Origin: Candidatus Fermentibacteraceae bacterium
Lineage (GTDB): Bacteria; Fermentibacterota; Fermentibacteria; Fermentibacterales; JCC-6
NCBI GenBank assembly: GCA_041686025.1
Contig: JAWLEP010000016.1
Coordinates: 24,801-62,093, forward strand
Reading direction: 5' to 3'
Length of the DNA: 37,293 bases
Below are positions 28,193 to 35,825 of the stretch, in pieces; the first letter of the stretch is position 1, and every line of letters begins with the position of its first letter. The notes beneath the pieces are model-generated. The model saw only the letters and a list, made by a program, of their open reading frames with translations, made no database searches and was not told the origin of the DNA. Made by a program: the position numbers and the translations under genes.

Positions 28193-30160
28193 CTATTCCG
28201 AATCCATTACCGTTGTCTTCGCGCTTACGGCGCCACCGGCGCCGGTCAGACCAACCAGATATACCCCTTGAGGCATGCCGGCGGTATGCCAGGCGGCGGA
28301 CCTGCCCGGGCCAAGGTCTCCGCTGTAGAGTTCCGCCACCACCCGTCCGGTCAGATCGTATACCATAAGCTCTCCGGTGCCCGGCCCCCTGAAATGAATG
28401 GTGGCAGTCCCTCTAACCGGGTTGGGCACGGTGAGCGCCAGGTCGGTCTCCATGGGCTTGGAATCGGGCGAGGAGCCCTGCTCGCCCCATACCCACATGT
28501 CCACTGACGGGTCCCCCATGAGGTTGTAGGCCTCCATGTAGTACAGGGAGCGGCCGCCACCGCTCCAGTGCTCCCAGACACCCACCTTGCCGCCCAGCAG
28601 GAACCCGCCGGGCCATTGGACACCGTCTTCCATGAACCAGCGGTACTCCGCACGCTCCTGGACATCGTCCTCGGCCCAGTAGGTGCTGCTCACGGCGCCC
28701 CAGAACCACAGACCTCCCCGGCCGGGGGTGCGGGTCCAGGTCTCGCACCACGCCGTCTCCACCTCGTAGTCACCGGTCAGGCAGGCGTGGGAAATCACTC
28801 CCGGAAGCATGCCGCCGTTGGTCAGCTGCGCGAAATCCTCGCCGCCGAACTGCATGTCAGTCCATGAGGTCTGGCTGCCGTGGCCGCTGAAGGTCAGCAT
28901 GGAGACCCCACCGTTGATCGAGGAGATGGCGTCGCCGGCGTCCGAGTCGTAGGTGTCGGGGTAGATCCTGTCCCATGTGTAGTCCAGCGGGTCCAAATAG
29001 GCGTCTATGCAGTAGTCGTGGGTCCCTTCGGTGACCCCGCTGCTGTCCACGCTGGCTATCCAGCAGGTGTTCCTGATCCAGCCGTCGGTGCCGGCCACAT
29101 CCTGCTCGTACTGGATGACCCTCCCGGCCATCAGCTCCGCCTCATCAGCGGTACGGGCGGGGAATCTGCCGATGAAGGCGTCCGGAAAGAGGCCCCCGTC
29201 GTCCAGGGTCACGTAGTAGAGGTCTGTGACGCCGGAGTACCTGGTGGCGGCGCCTCCCGGCAGCAGATCGTGATCCCCCACCAGCAGCACGAACTCCGGC
29301 GGGTCCGGCCAGTACTGAAGGGCGCCGAGGATGTAGTCCTGGATCTCCTTGGCCGAGGAGCCGGTCTCCGTGAGATCGACGAGGGTGACATCGAAGCCCA
29401 GCTGCTGCTTCCACTGCACGAAGTCCTCCATGGCCCCGACCAGGTCGGAATGCGCCACCACCAGATAGGACGAGGGAGGGGAGTCACCGTCGTCGAAGCC
29501 GCCATCCACCGGGCGGTTGACCGCCAGCCGGTCTAGGACCCGGTCGTAGCGGGAGGCGCCGTATCTGTCCTCCAGGCGGGCGGTCTCTTCCATGTCTCCG
29601 CCGCGGAAGCCCACGCGCACCTCCGCCTCCGCCAGCAGATCCATGTGGGAGGCCCCTGGCGTCCACCGCAGCGGCATCACCTCCAGAAGGACCAGTCGAC
29701 GGCCGCGCATCATACCCTCTTCGACCACGTCGGCCCACTGTTGCGGAAAGGGGTTCCCCTTCGAGTAGACTTCCGGGGCGGGGGAGACTGCGAAGTCCGA
29801 CGAAGAGCTGCACTTGGCGGCGGAGGGCACGGCCGGCTCCACCGGGAATGCAGGCGCCGGCACCTGTTCGATCCGCAGCGGGTCCACGTCCACAGTTACC
29901 GCGGCATCTACGGGAACCTCGATCCAGGCCCTGTAGACCGGCATTCGGGGCAGTCCCCAGAGTGACATCCTCCCGGCTCCCTGCACTGTGAGTCTGGTGA
30001 AGTTCCTGCCGTCGAGAACGACGGAGGAAGAAGCGATGTCCCCGGACCTCAGGCTGAGACAGACGGATTGGGAGCCGGATTCGGTCATCTCCAGCCCGGC
30101 TGCCGCGGAAACTGCACAAATCGCGACCAGACAGGCAGCAACGTATCTCAAGGCGTCCAC
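28193..30160 (-). CDS. C25 family (gingipain-like) cysteine peptidase with propeptide and T9SS-type CTD (655 aa)
   Basis: Signal peptide; propeptide GLPRMP; FVQWKQQLG, VLLVGD, TDLYY, IGRFP, FSGHGS, HACLTG, YNLMGDP; CTD PNPV..VYDLTGRVV..PQGVYLV. Confidence 0.92.
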   Translation of the reverse strand: MDALRYVAACLVAICAVSAAAGLEMTESGSQSVCLSLRSGDIASSSVVLDGRNFTRLTVQGAGRMSLWGLPRMPVYRAWIEVPVDAAVTVDVDPLRIEQVPAPAFPVEPAVPSAAKCSSSSDFAVSPAPEVYSKGNPFPQQWADVVEEGMMRGRRLVLLEVMPLRWTPGASHMDLLAEAEVRVGFRGGDMEETARLEDRYGASRYDRVLDRLAVNRPVDGGFDDGDSPPSSYLVVAHSDLVGAMEDFVQWKQQLGFDVTLVDLTETGSSAKEIQDYILGALQYWPDPPEFVLLVGDHDLLPGGAATRYSGVTDLYYVTLDDGGLFPDAFIGRFPARTADEAELMAGRVIQYEQDVAGTDGWIRNTCWIASVDSSGVTEGTHDYCIDAYLDPLDYTWDRIYPDTYDSDAGDAISSINGGVSMLTFSGHGSQTSWTDMQFGGEDFAQLTNGGMLPGVISHACLTGDYEVETAWCETWTRTPGRGGLWFWGAVSSTYWAEDDVQERAEYRWFMEDGVQWPGGFLLGGKVGVWEHWSGGGRSLYYMEAYNLMGDPSVDMWVWGEQGSSPDSKPMETDLALTVPNPVRGTATIHFRGPGTGELMVYDLTGRVVAELYSGDLGPGRSAAWHTAGMPQGVYLVGLTGAGGAVSAKTTVMDSE

Positions 30161-30263
30161 CCAAGGTTTACGGATAGGTGTGAGTTGGTCTATCTATTGG
30201 TAACAGGAATTCGGGGCAATGGTTTCCGGGGGAACATATCCTACGAAAGCGGTGGAGTAAAGC

Positions 30264-32363
30264 ATGACCGCCCTGCTGCTGAGCTGCCTTCTGCATTTCA
30301 TGGCACCAGCGGACTCCGCTGGCGGCCAGGGAGTTGCCCTGGTTCTGGCCGGCGGCGGCGCCCGGGGGCTGGCCCACGTGGGGGTGCTGCAGGCCCTCGA
30401 CGAGGCGGGGGTGCGGGTGGACGCCGTGGCCGGCACCAGCATGGGGGCGCTGGTGGCCGGACTGTACGGATGCGGCTACACCGGGGCCCAGATCGACAGC
30501 ATCGCCCGATCCCTGGACTGGGACAGCCTCTTCTCCTCCACTCCGGACAGGCACATGGTGCTGCTTCCCCAGCGGATGGCCCGGGCCGGCAACCTCCTTA
30601 CACTGGACCTGCAGGGCATGCGGCCGCAGCTGCCCCAGAGCGCCGTGCCCACCCAGCGGGTGGGGTCGCTGCTCTCATCGCTCACCGAGCCCATCCAGGT
30701 GGCCTGCGGGGAGAGCTTCGACTCCCTTCCCATACCGGTGCGCGTTGTCTGCTTCGATCTGGCGAGCGGCCGCAGGGTGGTGTTCGAAGAGGGCGACCTC
30801 TACATGGCCCAGCTCTCCTCCATGGCCGTTCCCATGGTCTTCCCGGCGGTGCGGCGGGACGGGATGCTGCTGGTGGACGGAGGCGTGATCGACAACATGC
30901 CGGTGGACGTGGCCCGCAAGGCGTGGGACCTGCCGGTGCTGGCGGTGGACATCTCCCAGCCGCCCCGGGAGATACCCCAGCATCCCAACATGGTCCAGGT
31001 GGGGGAGCTGACCCTGGCCGCCCTCACCGAGCGCATGAACGAGCTGCACCGGGCGGACCCCGACTACGTGATCAGGCCGGACCTGCACGGGGTTGCGAGC
31101 TGGGACTTCGACAGTGCCGACAGCCTGATGGCGTGGGGTTACAGGGCCGCACGGGCGTTTCTGGACTCCACCCCCGATCTGCCCATGCGGGCCGCGCCCC
31201 TCGCCCCCTGCCGCCCGGCGGGGATGCGGGTGGCCAACATCCACCTGGGCGGCCTGGAGGAGCTGGGCTTCGCGGCGGTATCCCCGTGGGTGGACATACG
31301 CCGCGGCCAGGAGGTGATCCCCGCCGACCTCCGCCGCTCCCAGGAGCTGCTCTACTCCACCGGGCTCTTCCGCCGGGTGGACCTGAGCCTGATCCCGGCC
31401 GCCGACAGCGGGAAGGTCAATCTGTTGTACACCTTCCGGGAAAGCCGCCCGGCTACGCTGGGGCTGGACATCTCCTTCCACTCCGACTTCGGCCTGGACG
31501 GCCAGCTGTCCCTGCACGACCGCAACTTCCTGGGCTCGGGCCGGCCGTTCCTGATGACGGTGGGGGGCAGCGGGCACTACATCTTCACCGACGTCCGGGC
31601 CTCCGATCTGGCCTTCGGCGACCGCTGGTACACCGAGCTGGAGGCCACCGCACAGCAGATGCAGGCCGACTTCCGCGGCCGCGACGGCTCCTCCCGCGAC
31701 CGGGTGGAGACCCGGGCCGAGGCCGCCCTCACCGGGGGATTCGCCGCCGGCTGGTGGGGCATGGTCAACCTGGGCGGGGGAGTGGTTGTCCACCGCTGGG
31801 GCGGCGGCGGGATCGAGGTCTTCGAGAGGGCCTACATGCGGGTGCTGATGGACACCACCGACGACCAGGTCAGCCCCTCCTCGGGCCGAAGGGCCCGGCT
31901 GCAGGCCCACGCCAGCCCGTTGGGAGGACACCGTCACCAGCGTCTGGGCTGGGACGCAGAGCAGTTCACGCCCTTCCTGCGCCGGGGTACCCTGTCGCTG
32001 ACCCTGTGGGGGCAGATGCTGGCGGGCGAGACTTTCGAGTGGCAGCATTCCAGGATGAAGGCCGGCAGGACCGTGCCCGGCCAGGCCTGGAACTCGCTGC
32101 CCGCCCGGCAGCGGGCGGCCGCCGGCCTGATGTGGCGCCGCGACCTCAACGGCCCCTTCTTCCTCGAGCTGGAAGGAGCGGGCTGCTGGGACTGGGAGGC
32201 CCTGGACAGCCCCGGCGAGGGGGAGGAGACCTACGGCGGCGGCATCGCCGGCGGGGTGAACACCCCGGTGGGCCCGGCCAAGATATCCTGGGGCATCTCC
32301 TCGCGCAGCGAGCGCTGGACCGTCTCCATAGGCGCGCCGGTCACCTACGGCCCCGGCCGCTGA
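30264..32363 (+). CDS. Patatin-like phospholipase with POTRA and Omp85-like barrel (PlpD / type Vd-like)
   Basis: GGAG RBS; signal peptide; GGGARG, GTSMG, DGG; POTRA-like LYSTGLFRRV; C-terminal amphipathic strands including NTPVGP. Confidence 0.9.
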   Translation: MTALLLSCLLHFMAPADSAGGQGVALVLAGGGARGLAHVGVLQALDEAGVRVDAVAGTSMGALVAGLYGCGYTGAQIDSIARSLDWDSLFSSTPDRHMVLLPQRMARAGNLLTLDLQGMRPQLPQSAVPTQRVGSLLSSLTEPIQVACGESFDSLPIPVRVVCFDLASGRRVVFEEGDLYMAQLSSMAVPMVFPAVRRDGMLLVDGGVIDNMPVDVARKAWDLPVLAVDISQPPREIPQHPNMVQVGELTLAALTERMNELHRADPDYVIRPDLHGVASWDFDSADSLMAWGYRAARAFLDSTPDLPMRAAPLAPCRPAGMRVANIHLGGLEELGFAAVSPWVDIRRGQEVIPADLRRSQELLYSTGLFRRVDLSLIPAADSGKVNLLYTFRESRPATLGLDISFHSDFGLDGQLSLHDRNFLGSGRPFLMTVGGSGHYIFTDVRASDLAFGDRWYTELEATAQQMQADFRGRDGSSRDRVETRAEAALTGGFAAGWWGMVNLGGGVVVHRWGGGGIEVFERAYMRVLMDTTDDQVSPSSGRRARLQAHASPLGGHRHQRLGWDAEQFTPFLRRGTLSLTLWGQMLAGETFEWQHSRMKAGRTVPGQAWNSLPARQRAAAGLMWRRDLNGPFFLELEGAGCWDWEALDSPGEGEETYGGGIAGGVNTPVGPAKISWGISSRSERWTVSIGAPVTYGPGR

Positions 32364-32498
32364 GACACTCCGGACCATCCCGACCAGACTGCCCAGTCCG
32401 GCCAACATTGTCAGCGTAGGTTGATGGCTGCCACCAGTCGGCCGGGCCCGGCGGGACGCCCAGGCGGCCCCTCAAGGCTTTTCACCGGACCGGCCCGA

Positions 32499-32678
32499 AG
32501 GGTTCAGTGAGTCTATCGCCTCTTGGAGGCTGCCGTGCAGGTTCGCGTCGGATTAGCTGACGCATTCGGAAGCTGGTTCCTCTGGCGGGATCTCCGGACC
32601 GTGGAGAGCGGTCCATTCCAGTTCCTTGAGCCAAACAAGCACAAGCTTCTCGATATTCGATTCAGTGATTCGGCTCAT
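32499..32678 (-). pseudogene. hsdR: N-terminal remnant of type I restriction endonuclease subunit R
   Basis: Manual translation MSRITESNIEKLVLVWLKELEWTALHGPEIPPEEPASECVS*SDANLHGSLQEAIDSLNP fits the HSDR_N start pattern (TES.IE...L.WL..LGW..LHGPEI.P.E...ER.SY.DV.L..RL..AI..LNP). It has a premature TAA at 32553-32555 and is truncated. Confidence 0.8.
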
Positions 32679-32688
32679 CTGGCTACCC

Positions 32689-32821
32689 TGGCGGAATTCC
32701 TCTGTCTGCGCTCCGCTAGACGATAAATCCCGCCATGCTGGCGAGATGAATGGCGAGATAGCACTCCATAGGCTCGAGGAGCGGAATTATCCCGCCATTC
32801 CGGCGCGATCTCTGGCGAGAT
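32689..32821. repeat. Array of TGGCGRGAT nonamers in two 33-bp units
   Basis: ATCCCGCCA-tgc-TGGCGAGAT-gaa-TGGCGAGAT (32727-32759) and ATCCCGCCA-ttc-CGGCGCGAT-ctc-TGGCGAGAT (32789-32821); extra TGGCGGAAT at 32689. Confidence 0.85.
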
Positions 32822-32841
32822 CATCTGTCCATATGGCCCCA

Positions 32842-34352
32842 TCACCGAACCACCTCATAGCGAGTACTGGGGCCAGCGCCAGTTCGTCTCAGAAGACCCA
32901 GGTCAGTGAGGTGCTTGAGATGGTTCAGCGCCGTGCGACCGGGAATGCCCATGGCCTGTGCGTACTCACCTGACGTGACGACGTCATGTGCCGAAAGCCA
33001 CTCCCATCCCTTTTCTCCGCTTGGCTAAGGGATTGGAGTATCTCCTCGCCAACTGCTCGGACCGCGCCCGCGGGACTTCGATACAATGTCAGCACAAGAT
33101 ACGGATCGTTGAACGCGTACGTCGGAAGTGGAAGTCCTGCTTGCTCGGCTTGAGCCTTTAGAGACTTGATGCCCAGTCCTCGCTCTTCCGCCATATCCAT
33201 CTGAGCGAATACGTAGTGTAAACCTGGATTCCGGCTAAGCATCGGCGCGTTGAATGCTTGGAGATCAGCCAGCGTGGTCGGGGAAGGCGGAAGACCCGGG
33301 CTCATGACCACCACGGTGTCCTCGTTGACAATCAACTGGCACTTCGCCCCCTCCATATCGTAGTCACGGTGGATCAGAGCATTCACGACGGCCTCTCGGA
33401 CCATCTTGAACGGCAGGGCTGGCACCTCCACCCTTCTCATCCGGTCTCTGCTGCTGACGCTGGGCAGTTTGCTCTCCAACCACTCCTCCACGAGATCCGG
33501 AATCAGGACGAGAGATTGATCGAAATCGCGCACTTCCTCTGTGCCGTTCGGGTACTCGATCGTGCCCAGGAGACCTGCCTGGTGCATTGCCACACGAGGC
33601 TCATGTCCAAACAGCAGAAGCCCAAACCCCGATGGCCTGACCACCCCATCCTCTTCGAGCACGAGCTTCTGACGAGACAGACGGCGGACGAATGACGCAG
33701 AAGCCACTACGTCTTCGAGCCTGGAGCGTTCCGCGTAGAGCTCAAGGGCTTGCGTGGAGAGATCCTGGAACACGAAGTTCTCCGCAGGTTCCTCAAGTTC
33801 CGAGAGGACAACCTCCTCGATCTCTTCCTCCGCTTCGGCTGCCCGTTCCATGGCTTGGGCGATGAACTCTGCATTCTCCGCCTGGATGATCTCCTGGAGT
33901 TCCCGGTCGAACATGTGCACTGTGACACCGTTGTCCTGGAGGTACTTGATCCCCTTGCGATCGACCGTCGGATCCGGATCCTCAATACCAACCCAGACAT
34001 CTTTGATTCGCGCAAGCACGATTCGCTCTGCACACGAGAGCTTCGGATGAGCACGTGCACCGGGTGCGCACGGCTCCAGAGTCGAGAAGAGAACCGAATG
34101 ATCGAGTCTTCTGTCCCTGTTCTTCCGCTCAAGGAGCGTGTATTCGGCGTGATCGCCATCGGGAAGCTCTCCACGGCATGCGGTCTCGACTTCCCCGTCT
34201 GGCATAACCAGCACAGCTCCCATCCTGGGCGTAACCTTGCCGTCGTCGCGTGGTTCGCAGGCGGAATCCCGCATGATCTTGATCGCAAGCTGCATCATCT
34301 CGCTTGGGCTGAACTTCCAGGACTGCGAGTTGGGCTTCATCTCCGGCACCAT
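32842..34352 (-). CDS. Zn-dependent deaminase + HATPase_c_4 (RecG C-terminal-like) + winged-HTH fusion, with a frameshift at ~33010 before the wHTH
   Basis: HAE..TLEPC..C deaminase motif with RibD-like GIEDPDP; REAVVNALIHRDY, SPG, SRNP, EERGLGI. The shifted frame after AAAAGGG (33014-33008) gives GWEWLSAHDVVTSGEYAQAMGIPGRTALNHLKHLTDLGLLRRTGAGPSTRYEVVR*. Confidence 0.85.
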
Positions 34353-34485
34353 CCAGCCGTCACCGGCCCCGTCTGGCTCGTCCGCATCGGCGTGGTCGGT
34401 GCGGCGACAGCTTTGGTCGTCGTGTCACTGCTCATCATCGCTGTGATCGGTATCGTGTTCCTCGTCATCCTCCTGATGGTCGTCG

Positions 34486-34998
34486 TCATCGTGCTGATGC
34501 TGGTTCTCCCCCAGCGTACTCCGACCAGTATTGAGCAATGAAGCCCGCGATCCCCCCACCCGGGTGGAACGTGGGGTAAACCTTCTGGAAGGCATCCAAT
34601 GCCCCGTCGAGTGATGTCTTCGGCAGTGCGTCGGTCTGGCTCAAGAGGTACAAGAATCCAATGCCGGGGCTTCGGGACTCGCCTTGATTGCAGTGAACGA
34701 GGACCTTCAGGCCTTCCCGGAGCTTCTCATGGATGAACGCAAGCGCCTTGTCGATGATTTCCTTCGGAATGTACGCAGGGTCTGGTGCATCGACCAAGTT
34801 CAAGTACAGCCGGCCTCCTCGCTCCCCGAAGAAGTACTCTGGATGATCCTTCGGTGCCCCTCGTACTGTGTATCCCAACAGCTGTCTGTGGTAGGGTTCC
34901 TTGCAGGCATGTACGACGGCCCAACCGGCTTGCCCCTTGACTTGATGCTCGTAGTCGCCCTGACGGCCAATGAAAAGGTCCGCGATGATCTCAATCAT
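34486..34998 (-). CDS. Dual-specificity / cysteine-dependent (CX5R) phosphatase family protein (170 aa)
   Basis: EIIADLFIG N-terminus; LNLVDAP acid loop; KVLVHCNQGESRS catalytic loop. Confidence 0.88.
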   Translation of the reverse strand: MIEIIADLFIGRQGDYEHQVKGQAGWAVVHACKEPYHRQLLGYTVRGAPKDHPEYFFGERGGRLYLNLVDAPDPAYIPKEIIDKALAFIHEKLREGLKVLVHCNQGESRSPGIGFLYLLSQTDALPKTSLDGALDAFQKVYPTFHPGGGIAGFIAQYWSEYAGGEPASAR

Positions 34999-35218
34999 GG
35001 CAACCTATCGATCACGTCGCGCCGCAGATCCTACGTACGTAGCTATTCCTGGAACGACCAGCGGGGCGAGCGTTTTACGCATGAACGCATCGCAGTTGTT
35101 CCCGCACTGTTGAAGTCCAAGCAGCCAATGGGAAACTGGGTCTCGCTCCCTCCGTCCGAAACCGCCTTCCGAACGAAGCTCTGGCGGACGATTCAACCCC
35201 GTATCTGGCAGTATTTTC

Positions 35219-35247
35219 AACATATCCAGCATTTCGCAGCTGGTCAA
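35219..35247 (-). promoter_or_regulatory. Sigma70-like promoter facing the phosphatase-deaminase genes
   Basis: Minus strand TTGACC-N17-TATGTT. Confidence 0.5.
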
Positions 35248-35379
35248 TCAAACCCCCGAACCACAGCCTCCCGACGCCCGCTCCAGGAGCGCAGCTCTAC
35301 CCTGAGCCCAGCAGCTCTCACCCGACCTCGATCTCCGGAAACCAGCATGACCAGACAGCCGCGGGTCCGGGACGAGTCC

Positions 35380-35641
35380 GGAACGTCGTCCCGCCAGGGC
35401 AAGTAGTCCGCATCGGGTTCGCAGACCAGCTGCACCGCCAAGCATGGCTGTAGATGCCGCACCCGATGACCTGCCTCGCACCCTCCCGGGGGATGTGGGA
35501 GGTGATCCTGGCTATCCACTCCAGGGCATCCGTTACCTCGAAGTTACGACCGAGGCCGAAATGGAAGCGCTCTCCCCGGCAGATAACCGCCCTACCGTCT
35601 ATGGTGTCCATCACTCTCTCCGGGAGAAGGCCATCCTTGAC
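35380..35641 (-). pseudogene. IS91-family (Y2, rolling-circle) transposase C-terminal remnant
   Basis: RNFEVTDALEWIARITSHIPREGARQVIGCGIYSHAWR resembles the IS91-type LEW.AR...HIP......VRYYG.YS motif, with degenerate Tyr positions; 5'-truncated and internally deleted. Confidence 0.72.
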
Positions 35642-35647
35642 AGGTTG

Positions 35648-35825
35648 GTGGCAGCACTCCCGGATGACCGCCGTCCGCACCGTCCCCGGCCAGGCCTGGA
35701 ACTCCCTGCCCGCCCGGCAGCGGGCAGCGGCTGCGCTGCGCTGCGCTGGCGACGCGACCTCAGCGGCCCTTTCTTCCTGGACCGTCTCCATAGGCGCTCC
35801 GGTCACCTACGGCCCCGGCCGCTGA
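35648..35825 (+). repeat. Diverged direct copy of the patatin gene 3' end (32039-32363)
   Basis: Encodes WQHSRM..RTVPGQAWNSLPARQRAA and WTVSIGAPVTYGPGR*; ~150-bp internal deletion and a GCTGC slippage. Confidence 0.95.

Larger units (their letters stand above)
32364..35647. mobile_element. Decayed ~3.3 kb genomic island at the patatin gene 3' end
   Basis: Flanked by a direct, diverged repeat of the patatin 3' end; lower GC; contains IS91-like and hsdR remnants; no integrase visible. Confidence 0.7.

Noticed and set aside
30068..32419. 783-aa and 577-aa ORFs over the patatin gene
   Set aside because: Shadow frames without motifs.
33008..33016. Canonical programmed -1 ribosomal frameshift
   Set aside because: The codon phase GAG AAA AGG GAT does not fit X XXY YYZ or A AAG; an indel is more parsimonious.
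33860..34352. ribD riboflavin gene
   Set aside because: No reductase domain, fused to HATPase_c_4, and no rib genes nearby.
35005..35247. 80-aa minus-strand ORF upstream of the phosphatase
   Set aside because: Its TTG coincides with the -35 box, and it has no RBS or recognisable motif.
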